Below, piece by piece: positions 16,988-25,190 of a stretch of DNA of 64,000 nucleotides. The translations under genes and the position numbers were made by a program. The DNA comes from Christensenella sp. UBA1214 (GTDB lineage: Bacteria > Bacillota > Clostridia > Christensenellales > CAG-138): positions 84,009 through 148,008 of the forward strand of contig DBXK01000012.1 of assembly GCA_002309375.1 (NCBI GenBank), given 5' to 3'. The notes under the pieces were generated by a model. It saw only the letters and a list, made by a program, of their open reading frames with translations. It had not been told where the DNA came from and did not search any database. Each line of letters begins with the position of its first letter. Position 1 is the stretch's first letter.

Positions 16988-18769
16988 ATGAAGACAATGG
17001 GAGAAAACCGGGCTCTTTTCGGTTCGCTGCATACGCTCCGCGAAAAGCGGCGCGACGGCGGCCTCAGGGAGATCATCGACGACTGGCGCTGGATCTTCAC
17101 TTACACGAAGCGCCACAAATTCGCCGTGCTGTTCTATACCGTGCTCGGCATCCTCAGCACGACGCTCACCCTTGCCGCAAGCGTGGCGGGGAAGTACGTC
17201 ATCGATATCATCACCGGGCACAAGACCTCCGAGCTCGGAGTGCTGATCGCGATCATGCTCGGCAGCGCCGCGGCAAGCCTGCTGTTTTCAAGCCTCATCA
17301 ACAGGCTCTCGGCGAAGATCGGCATACATATTAATAATGATATCCAGGCCGACATCTTCGACAAGATCATCGACGTCGATTGGAAGGCGATCAGCGAATA
17401 CTCGAGCGGCGATCTTCTGAACCGATTCAACAGCGATGTTCAGACCGTCAGTAAAAACGCGATCAGCTGGCTGCCGACGATCATCATCGCATTGTATAAC
17501 TTCATCGTGACCTTCGGCCTGATATGGTATTACAACAAGGTCATGTCACTGCTGGCATTCGCGGCCGCGCCGGTCATGCTGCTGATGAGCAAGTACTTCA
17601 TCCGGAAGCAGCGCGACTACGCGAGGAAGGTCAAGGAGACCGGCAGCAAGATGATGGGCTTCGAGGTCGAGACTTTCTATAATTTCGACACGATCAAGTC
17701 CTTCGGCGTGATGGAGAATTACGGCCGCAAGCTCCGCTCCTGGCAGCAGAAGCTGAAGAATATCAGCCTTGAGTATAATCTCTTCACGATCAAGACGAAC
17801 ATCTTCATGTCCGTGCTCGGGCTGATCGTTCAGTATGCGGCGTTCGGATACTGCCTGTACCTGCTTTGGGGAAAGGAGATCACCTACGGCACGATGACGC
17901 TGTTCCTCGAGCAGCGCGTCCGTCTTTCGTCGGCATTCAACAATGTTGTGGGCATCGTGCCCCAGTTTTTGACGAGCTCGGTCTCCGCACACCGTATCCG
18001 CGAGCTGATCGATTTGCCGAGAGAGAAGCATCTCGAGCAAAGCGAGGAGCTCAAAGCGCTTGCGGACAAAGGCCTTGAAGTGCGCATGGACGGCGTAAGC
18101 TTCTCCTATATTGAGGATAAGCAGGTCATCACCGATTCGTCGTTCCGCGCGGCTCCCGGCGAGATCGTGGCGCTGATCGGTCCTTCGGGCGAAGGAAAGA
18201 CGACGATGATCCGCCTGATGCTCGGCCTCATCCATCCGGACAGCGGTACTGCCCTGATCCGCGCATGCGACGGAACCGAAGTCGAGATGAACGCCGACAG
18301 CCGGTGCATGTTTTCATACGTTCCGCAGGGGAACACGATCCTTTCCGGAACGATCGCGGAGAATATGCGCCTCGTGAAGGAGGATGCTTCGGATGAAGAG
18401 CTCATCGAAGCGCTGAAGATCGCCAGCGCATGGGACTTCGTGTCCAAGATTCCGGACAGCTTCAACAGCAAAGTCGGCGAGCGAGGCAAGGGCTTTTCGG
18501 AAGGCCAGGCGCAGCGCCTTGCAATTGCGAGGGCCGTGCTGCGCGATGCGCCGATACTGCTGCTTGATGAAGCGACCTCCGCTCTTGACGTTGCAACGGA
18601 GCGGCAGGTGCTTCGGAATATCCTGATCCACAGGCCGAACAAGACCTGCATCGTGACGACGCACCGGCCGACCGTGATCAATCTCTGCAAACGTGTTTAC
18701 CGCGTTGAAAACAGAAAGGTCACGGAACTGAACGAAGAAGAGTCAAGCGCCGCGGCGATGGACTTCTGA
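16988..18769 (+). CDS. Type I ABC exporter (fused TMD-NBD, MsbA/PglK-like)
   Basis: 593 aa with six predicted TM helices, then Walker A GPSGEGKTT, an atypical signature FSEGQ, Walker B ILLLDEATSALD and H-loop TTHR. There is no N-terminal C39 peptidase domain. Confidence 0.85.
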   Translation: MKTMGENRALFGSLHTLREKRRDGGLREIIDDWRWIFTYTKRHKFAVLFYTVLGILSTTLTLAASVAGKYVIDIITGHKTSELGVLIAIMLGSAAASLLFSSLINRLSAKIGIHINNDIQADIFDKIIDVDWKAISEYSSGDLLNRFNSDVQTVSKNAISWLPTIIIALYNFIVTFGLIWYYNKVMSLLAFAAAPVMLLMSKYFIRKQRDYARKVKETGSKMMGFEVETFYNFDTIKSFGVMENYGRKLRSWQQKLKNISLEYNLFTIKTNIFMSVLGLIVQYAAFGYCLYLLWGKEITYGTMTLFLEQRVRLSSAFNNVVGIVPQFLTSSVSAHRIRELIDLPREKHLEQSEELKALADKGLEVRMDGVSFSYIEDKQVITDSSFRAAPGEIVALIGPSGEGKTTMIRLMLGLIHPDSGTALIRACDGTEVEMNADSRCMFSYVPQGNTILSGTIAENMRLVKEDASDEELIEALKIASAWDFVSKIPDSFNSKVGERGKGFSEGQAQRLAIARAVLRDAPILLLDEATSALDVATERQVLRNILIHRPNKTCIVTTHRPTVINLCKRVYRVENRKVTELNEEESSAAAMDF

Positions 18770-18783
18770 CGGAAACAATAACG

Positions 18784-19536
18784 ATGATCGATATCCATTC
18801 CCACATCCTGCCGGGCGTTGACGACGGATCGGACAGCATGGAGACTTCGCTCGAAATGCTTTCGATGGCTGCGGAAAGCGGCGTCAAAGTCATTTTCGCA
18901 ACGCCTCATGCAAACAGTCCGGGAGAATTCGAAAACTATTCTTCGGACAGGCTGAGATTCGCCCTTATGGAGCTGCGTCAGGCGGCTGCGGACGAAGGCA
19001 TCCCGCTGAAGATCTGCCGGGGAATGGAACTTTTCGCGACAGATGATCTGCCCGAACTGCTCCGCGACGGGATCGTTTGGACCATGAACGGGACAAAATA
19101 CTTCCTGACGGAGTTCGCGTTCGACGAAGATCCGGATTTCTGTTTCGAAACGATCGAGCGTTCGAGAAACTACGGCTTTCGGCCGATCATAGCTCATCCG
19201 GAACGATACTTCTTCATTCAGGAGGATCCGCAGATCGCCTACGAGCTCTGTATGGCAGGCTCGGCGCTCCAGCTCAATAAGGGCAGCCTTCTCGGACGGT
19301 TCGGTCCCGATGTACAGGAAACGGCAGAGCTTCTGATCGAGCATCGCCTTGCCGCATGTGTTGCGAGCGACGCTCACGGCGTTGAAAGCCGAACTACGGA
19401 TATGTACGAAGTGGCGGAGCTTATCAACAGACGTTGGGGAAGCCGCCTTACAAGGCTCCTGCTCCGCGAAAACCCCGCAAAGATAATCGCAGGCGAACGG
19501 CTGCTCGGCTATGAGCCCATCCCGTTCGAAGACTGA
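18784..19536 (+). CDS. cpsB: PHP-family protein-tyrosine phosphatase (CpsB/YwqE type)
   Basis: MIDIHSHILPGVDDGS...ATPH...AHPERY...SDAH are the CpsB metal-binding motifs. Confidence 0.9.
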   Translation: MIDIHSHILPGVDDGSDSMETSLEMLSMAAESGVKVIFATPHANSPGEFENYSSDRLRFALMELRQAAADEGIPLKICRGMELFATDDLPELLRDGIVWTMNGTKYFLTEFAFDEDPDFCFETIERSRNYGFRPIIAHPERYFFIQEDPQIAYELCMAGSALQLNKGSLLGRFGPDVQETAELLIEHRLAACVASDAHGVESRTTDMYEVAELINRRWGSRLTRLLLRENPAKIIAGERLLGYEPIPFED

Positions 19537-19560
19537 GTCTCAATAAGGAAAGGAAACTGC

Positions 19561-20457
19561 ATGAAGAGACTGCGCATATTGATCTTAATATTTTTCTTCG
19601 CGGTAGCCGCATTTTACGGCGCTTACTATCTGATCGATAAACTCACCACCGATAAGATCGCCCCTGTCATAAAAGCCGACAGCGACGCCATCGAGGTCAC
19701 GATCGACGCGACAGAAGCGGATCTGCTTGCCGGGATGTCTGCAACGGATAATGTGGACGGCGACGTTACAGACATGCTCGTTGTGACGTCCAAGAGCAAG
19801 TTTATCCGTAAAGGCACATTGCGCGTCAATTATGCTGCTTTTGATCAAAGCAGGAACGTTAAAACCTATTCACGCGAGGTTACATATACCGATTACGTTT
19901 CCCCGCAATTCAGTCTCAAAGCTCCGCTGCGCTTTGCATCGAGCAGCTCAAATCATGATTATCTAGCAAATATCAAGGCATATGACTGCCTTGACGGTGA
20001 TATCTCGAAAAAAATAAGGATCAGTTACGGCGATACTGTTGCAGTAAGCGATACGGTTACAGAACAAACGATCGATATCATCGTTACCAACAGCTACGGC
20101 GATTCAACGAGCCTTCAGCTCACAGCAAGTCTGGAGGATTTTGCAACATATAACCGTCTGTGCCCGGCTTTATCGGAATACCTCATTTATACAAAGACCG
20201 GAGTGATGCCGGATTTTCGTTCCCTGATCATCGGCGTTTGGGCAAATGGGAAAACTACCGAATTCAGCAGCGGCGATACAAATTTCACCGAACAAAATGT
20301 TTCCGTCTACAATATTCAAAACAGCGGCGCTTACAATACCGACGAGCATGCACTGAATATCAACGTACCCGGTGTTTACTATGTTAAATATTCGCTTGCC
20401 AATGAGCTCGGCGAAGCGCTCGGCACAACGACGCTGATCGTTATAGTGGAGGAATGA
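19561..20457 (+). CDS. Membrane-anchored protein with Ig-like (DUF5011-type) domains
   Basis: N-terminal TM helix (LRILILIFFFAVAAFYGAYYL), then repeats containing ATDNVDGDVTDMLVV and AYDCLDGDISKKIRI. Confidence 0.6.
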   Translation: MKRLRILILIFFFAVAAFYGAYYLIDKLTTDKIAPVIKADSDAIEVTIDATEADLLAGMSATDNVDGDVTDMLVVTSKSKFIRKGTLRVNYAAFDQSRNVKTYSREVTYTDYVSPQFSLKAPLRFASSSSNHDYLANIKAYDCLDGDISKKIRISYGDTVAVSDTVTEQTIDIIVTNSYGDSTSLQLTASLEDFATYNRLCPALSEYLIYTKTGVMPDFRSLIIGVWANGKTTEFSSGDTNFTEQNVSVYNIQNSGAYNTDEHALNINVPGVYYVKYSLANELGEALGTTTLIVIVEE

Positions 20458-20459
20458 GT

Positions 20460-22031
20460 ATGGAAAACAAGCAAAATACAGACTCATTACTCGACAGACT
20501 GGATCTATACAGCATATTCAGAGACATTATCCGCAACCTGTGGGCAATACTCCTCGGCGTCATTGCCGTTTGCCTGATCGTCAATATGATGAGCAAAGAA
20601 AAGTATGAGAGTACTTATTCGACAACGGCAACATTCATTGTCACTTCGCGTACGGGCGGAAGCTATGCAAACGGCAATCGGACAGCTGCCTCGACAATGG
20701 CGAGCAGTTATTCAAACATCCTCAACAGCAATCTTCTGAAGAAAAAAGTATGCGAAGATCTCGGCGTTTCGAGCTTTAATGCGAAAATGTCTACATCGGT
20801 CGTTAAGGACACTAACCTGATGCAGCTTACGATCACTTCCGACTCGCCGTGGAATACCTATAAAATAACTAGATCCGTTATGGAAAATGTTAAGGAGCTG
20901 ACCGGATACGTATCGAACGATATGGTAATGGAAGTGCTCCAACAGCCTGCCGTACCGTTAAAAGCTGACGGAATGTATTCGTCACGCAGACAAACGAAAA
21001 TTGCTATTGCGATTTCTTGTGCTGCTCTTACACTTGCTTTTATTTATCTTTCTTACCGGAAAAATACAATTAAAAACGAAAACGATATTGCAGATAAGCT
21101 TGAAACGCGTTCACTTGGAGTTCTTTATTATGACGGAAAACACAAGCTCAAGTCGCTTTTCAATTTCGGTAAGAAAAAGAAAAAACAAAAGCTTCTTGTT
21201 TCGGAAGTCACGGCAAGCTTTGAATTCGTTGAAAGAAACAAAAAGATCGCCGCTTTGATAGCGGCTCAGGCTAAGAATATCGGCGCAAAGGTCATTCTCG
21301 TTACAAGCGTTATGGAACACGAGGGCAAATCCACCGTTTCGGCAAACCTTGCTCTCTCGCTCGCTCAGCAGTCGAACGATGTGCTGCTTATAGACGGTGA
21401 TATGCGCCGCCCGACTTTGAATTCGCTGTTCCTTGATAAGGACGAAGGCAGCGACGAGACGAGCCTTGCAAAACTCCTGATGGGTGAGACCAGCATGAAA
21501 AGGGCAATGCGGTATGATGAGAAACGCGGCGTCTACCTGCTGCTAAATTATAAGAACTATCCCAATTCGACCGATATCGTTTCAAAGGATACGACAGCTC
21601 AGCTTATCGACGCCGCAAGGAACACCTTCGATTACATCATAATCGATACTCCGCCTATGTCGCTGATGGCGGATGCGGAAGTCCTTGCCGGCCTTGCGGA
21701 TATGAGTATCCTGGTCGTCAGCTATGATTTGGTATATGCTCAGGACCTGAACGATGCGATCGATTCGCTGAAGGACTGCCGGGCGCAGTTCGCGGGCTGC
21801 ATCCTCAACCAGGTCCGCACGCTGCCCGGAGAACGGAGGACCGTTGTGGGCCAGGGCGGTTACGGCAGATACGGTCACTACGGCCGGTATGGGCGCTACG
21901 GCAGATACGGCAAATACAGCAATTATGGGCGTTACGGCAATTACGGCAGATACGGAGCCTACGGATACTACGGTCACTATGCTGAACAGCCTGCAGAACA
22001 GACCGAGGAAGCGGAGAATCCGGAGGAGTGA
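20460..22031 (+). CDS. Fused Wzz-like transmembrane activator plus BY-kinase (Wzc-like), paralog 1, with an extended GRYG tyrosine tail
   Basis: Wzz N-terminus with 2 TM helices. The kinase core has Walker A VTSVMEHEGKST (atypical), A' LLIDGDMRRP and B IIIDTPP. The C-terminus is GGYGRYGHYGRYGRYGRYGKYSNYGRYGNYGRYGAYGYYGHY (15 Tyr). Confidence 0.85.
   Translation: MENKQNTDSLLDRLDLYSIFRDIIRNLWAILLGVIAVCLIVNMMSKEKYESTYSTTATFIVTSRTGGSYANGNRTAASTMASSYSNILNSNLLKKKVCEDLGVSSFNAKMSTSVVKDTNLMQLTITSDSPWNTYKITRSVMENVKELTGYVSNDMVMEVLQQPAVPLKADGMYSSRRQTKIAIAISCAALTLAFIYLSYRKNTIKNENDIADKLETRSLGVLYYDGKHKLKSLFNFGKKKKKQKLLVSEVTASFEFVERNKKIAALIAAQAKNIGAKVILVTSVMEHEGKSTVSANLALSLAQQSNDVLLIDGDMRRPTLNSLFLDKDEGSDETSLAKLLMGETSMKRAMRYDEKRGVYLLLNYKNYPNSTDIVSKDTTAQLIDAARNTFDYIIIDTPPMSLMADAEVLAGLADMSILVVSYDLVYAQDLNDAIDSLKDCRAQFAGCILNQVRTLPGERRTVVGQGGYGRYGHYGRYGRYGRYGKYSNYGRYGNYGRYGAYGYYGHYAEQPAEQTEEAENPEE
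21855..21980 (+). repeat. Imperfect 12-nt (GRYG codon) tandem repeat tract encoding the Tyr tail of kinase 1
   Basis: Reiterated TACGGCAGATACGG / TACGGCAATTACGG units are visible directly in the DNA. Confidence 0.8.
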
Positions 22032-22040
22032 TAAACGCAT

Positions 22041-23588
22041 ATGAGTGAAACTGCGGCAAATACGAATCATAATACTCAAAGGGATAACTTCAGCTCTCTT
22101 GCAAAAGATTTCCTCTTCAGCTTTAAGCGGCTTTGGTGGTTGGTCGTTCTTTTGACAGCATTCTTTGCGTTCATACTGTATTACAGAAAAAGCGTCAATT
22201 ATGTACCGCAGTATGTGCTTGAGAGGACATACGCTGTTGAGCTTGTAAACGGCGGTTCTTATGCCAACCGGAACACCGCCGAGCAGATGAGTAAAATATT
22301 CCCGTCCATTACGAAAAGCGGTGCGCTTTCCGATATCATTTCCGATGAGCTCGGAACAAACGGCGTCCCCGGAACAGTGAGCGTCAGCTGTATCAGCGGT
22401 ACGAATCTGCTGACGATAAGCGTCACTGCTTACGGGCCCGGCGTAGCTGCTCAGGTGATGGATTCCGTTGTCAAGAATTATCCGGATGTTGCACAATATG
22501 TTGTCGGCCAGACAAAGCTAATCGATGTCGATGTCAACGGAACCGCTTCGGTCATCGGCAAAACGAGCGTTACACGCGGATCGCTGCGTACCGGCGCACT
22601 GATCGGATTTGCGCTCGGCATGCTGATCGTTATTATCCGTTCGGTCGCATTCAGAACGATCCGCAGCGAGAGCGAACTCCATTCGGTGCTCAATCTATCT
22701 TGCCTCGGCACACTGCCCGCATGCCGCAGCCGCAGTAAAAGCAAGAATGAACGCAGCGAGATCAATATTCTCTTTGACAATAATCGAAGCAGCTATATCG
22801 AATCGATGCGCTTGATCCGCACAAGGCTCGAAAGGCAGCTTCAAGGGAAAAAAGTCCTGATGGTCACAAGCTCTGTTGCCGGCGAAGGCAAATCGACAGT
22901 AGCCGCCAACCTTGCGATATCCATGGCGCTCAAGGGCAAGCGCGTGATCCTTGTCGACTGCGACCTCAGAAATCCGACAGTCGGGAAGATATTCAACCTG
23001 AATGAAACGTATCCCGGCCTTGCTTCGGTGATCAACGGAAAAACAAGGCTTGAAGATGCGCTCGTTAAGATCGAAAGCGAAAAGCTGACGAACGGCATAA
23101 CGCTGCTTCCGGGTTCCGATAAAAAATCCCGTTTTGTCGAGATCCTGAGCAGTGACGAGATGGGCCGTGTTATCGAAGCCATGCGCACGAAGGCAGACGT
23201 TATAATACTTGACACACCGCCTTCGGCAGTGCTTGTCGATGCAATGATGCTTGTCAAGCATGTTGACGCGATCGCATATGTCATCATGAGCGATTACGCA
23301 CGCCGCCGCAGTATAATCGACGGTGTTGAAGAGCTTTCCGCAGGCGGCGTCCCGATTGCCGGCTGCATACTGAACGGCGGAAGAACCCACTCCGGCAAAT
23401 ACGGCGGCTACTACGGCAAATACGGACGCTATGGATACGGCCGTTACGGTTACGGCCGGTATGGCTACGGTTACGGTCACTATGGCGGATATGGCTACGG
23501 CAGCAACGGCGGTTATGAATCGGCGTCGAATTCCTCTTCGGAGCACAGAAGCAGCCGGTCGAAGAGAAAGCATTCATCCGGCAAATGA
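22041..23588 (+). CDS. Fused Wzz-like transmembrane activator plus BY-kinase (Wzc-like), paralog 2, with a Tyr/Gly tail and a Ser-rich basic extension
   Basis: Canonical Walker A VTSSVAGEGKST, A' VILVDCDLRNP and B VIILDTPP. The tail is GKYGGYYGKYGRYGYGRYGYGRYGYGYGHYGGYGYG (15 Tyr including a following GGY), followed by SNSSSEHRSSRSKRKHSSGK. Confidence 0.85.
   Translation: MSETAANTNHNTQRDNFSSLAKDFLFSFKRLWWLVVLLTAFFAFILYYRKSVNYVPQYVLERTYAVELVNGGSYANRNTAEQMSKIFPSITKSGALSDIISDELGTNGVPGTVSVSCISGTNLLTISVTAYGPGVAAQVMDSVVKNYPDVAQYVVGQTKLIDVDVNGTASVIGKTSVTRGSLRTGALIGFALGMLIVIIRSVAFRTIRSESELHSVLNLSCLGTLPACRSRSKSKNERSEINILFDNNRSSYIESMRLIRTRLERQLQGKKVLMVTSSVAGEGKSTVAANLAISMALKGKRVILVDCDLRNPTVGKIFNLNETYPGLASVINGKTRLEDALVKIESEKLTNGITLLPGSDKKSRFVEILSSDEMGRVIEAMRTKADVIILDTPPSAVLVDAMMLVKHVDAIAYVIMSDYARRRSIIDGVEELSAGGVPIAGCILNGGRTHSGKYGGYYGKYGRYGYGRYGYGRYGYGYGHYGGYGYGSNGGYESASNSSSEHRSSRSKRKHSSGK
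23394..23516 (+). repeat. Imperfect GYG/GRYG codon repeat tract encoding the Tyr tail of kinase 2
   Basis: Reiterated TACGGCCGTTACGGTTACGGCCGGTATGGCTACGG units. Confidence 0.8.
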
Positions 23589-23658
23589 TCACTGCCGAGA
23601 AAACGGCATTGGCTGATTATGCGGTTCAGTGCTGCAGTCAGAGCCTTGGGGGTAACTG

Positions 23659-24336
23659 ATGAGCGAAAAAAAGACGGACAAACAAAAAAGACCCGCATCG
23701 ATGGGCTTTTATAACCGTGTAGTCAAACGGACGGCCGATCTGCTGATCTCCCTGATCGCTCTTATCATTCTAAGCCCGACCATCCTTATTGCGGCGATCC
23801 TTGTGAAGCTGACCTCAAAAGGTCCGGTGATATTCAAACAGAAGCGCATCGGCAGAGGAGCACGGGAGTTCACGATCTATAAATTCAGGACGATGTATGT
23901 GAACAGCGAACACACCGGTTCGGGCGTTTACAGCGACGATAACGATCCGCGCATGACCAAGGTCGGGAAACTCCTGAGAAAGACTTCCATCGACGAGCTC
24001 CCTCAGCTTGTGAACATCCTGAAAGGCGATATGTCGCTGATCGGGCCGCGTCCGCCGCTGACGTATCATCCCTGGCCTGTATCGGAGTATTCCGAAGAGC
24101 AGCTCCGCATGTTTGAAGTCCGTCCCGGCATCACCGGCTGGGCGCAGACACATGGCCGGAAGGATGTTGAATGGAATAAACGTATCAAGCTGAATATCTG
24201 GTATGTGGATCATGTTTCCTTCATGCTGGATCTTCGAATATTTTTCATTACGATCGGCAAGGTTTTTACCAATGCCGACAACGAGAATAAAGGCGCGACT
24301 GTCACGGAAGAAGAAAAGGACGAGGCCGAAGCCTGA
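23659..24336 (+). CDS. Initiating undecaprenyl-phosphate sugar-phosphate transferase (small monotopic PGT, PF02397)
   Basis: One TM/re-entrant helix, then KGPVIFKQKRIGRGAREFTIYKFRTM...DELPQLVNILKGDMSLIGPRP. Confidence 0.9.
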   Translation: MSEKKTDKQKRPASMGFYNRVVKRTADLLISLIALIILSPTILIAAILVKLTSKGPVIFKQKRIGRGAREFTIYKFRTMYVNSEHTGSGVYSDDNDPRMTKVGKLLRKTSIDELPQLVNILKGDMSLIGPRPPLTYHPWPVSEYSEEQLRMFEVRPGITGWAQTHGRKDVEWNKRIKLNIWYVDHVSFMLDLRIFFITIGKVFTNADNENKGATVTEEEKDEAEA

Positions 24337-24357
24337 AAACATACAGGAGAGATTCCT

Positions 24358-25188
24358 ATGCTTAAACTGATGTTTATCACAAATAACCCGAAAACTGCAA
24401 TGAGCGCTGAAGCAGCGGGGGTAGACCGCATCTTTGTTGACATGGAGTACATCGGCAAGGACGAGCGGCAGAAAGGCCTGAATACGGTGATGTCTCACCA
24501 TACGATCGAGGACGTTGCCGCTGTAAGGAAGGCTGTCAAAAAGGCTGAGCTGCTGGTCCGGGTGAACCCGATCCATGAAGCGACTTCCGACTATACGTCT
24601 TCGGAGGAAGAGATAAACGCCGCGATCGAAGCCGGCGCGGATATCGTGATGCTGCCGTATTTCAAAACCATCGATGAAGTCCGGCGCTTCATCGGGATCG
24701 TGAATGGCAGAGCGAAAGCTATGCTCCTTCTCGAAACTGAATCGGCGATGCAAAACGTGGACAGGATCCTTGAAATCGAGGGCATCGACGAGATCCATAT
24801 CGGCCTCAACGATTTGAGCATCGATCTCGGGAAAAAGTTTATGTTCGAGCTTCTTGCCGACGGCACCGTTGAGAAGCTCTGCCTTAAATTCCGCAAAAAG
24901 GGCATCCCGTACGGTTTCGGCGGCATTGCTTCGATCGGCAACGGCGCCGTTCCCGCCGAATACATTATCAAGGAGCATTACCGCCTCGGTTCGCGCGCGG
25001 CGATCCTTTCGAGAAGCTTCTGCAATACCGCCATGATAACCGACGAGGATATAATCAAGAGGGCTCTGCGCAAGGGCGTTGCGGAGATCCGCGAGCTTGA
25101 GGGTGAATGCGAAAAGCACAGCCGTTTCTTCTTTGAAAACGAGAGGAAGTTTATCTACCTTGTGGATCGGATCAGCAGGGGAGAATAA
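24358..25188 (+). CDS. HpcH/HpaI aldolase / citrate-lyase-beta superfamily protein embedded in the glycan locus
   Basis: 276 aa, TIM-barrel-like. AEAAGVDRIFVDMEYIGK...GADIVMLPYFKT...LLLETESAMQNVDRILEIEGIDEIHIGLNDLS matches the HpcH family pattern. Confidence 0.7.
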   Translation: MLKLMFITNNPKTAMSAEAAGVDRIFVDMEYIGKDERQKGLNTVMSHHTIEDVAAVRKAVKKAELLVRVNPIHEATSDYTSSEEEINAAIEAGADIVMLPYFKTIDEVRRFIGIVNGRAKAMLLLETESAMQNVDRILEIEGIDEIHIGLNDLSIDLGKKFMFELLADGTVEKLCLKFRKKGIPYGFGGIASIGNGAVPAEYIIKEHYRLGSRAAILSRSFCNTAMITDEDIIKRALRKGVAEIRELEGECEKHSRFFFENERKFIYLVDRISRGE

Positions 25189-25190
25189 TT

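Noticed and set aside
17546-25119. Antisense ORFs across the ABC exporter, cpsB, both kinases, the PGT and the aldolase genes (for example 17546-18235, 18697-19377, 21582-22496, 22695-23573, 23815-25119)
   Set aside because: All lie opposite well-supported plus-strand genes in a co-directional operon. Their high Arg/His/Ala content marks them as GC-driven shadow frames. The ORFs over the Tyr tails simply read the repeat complement.
24358-25188. Calling the cps-embedded HpcH-family gene citE (citrate lyase beta)
   Set aside because: No citD, citF or citC partners are adjacent, and the N-terminus lacks the MRRSMLFxPG-type start seen in the true citE at 63401. The context is a glycan operon, so only the superfamily is assigned.
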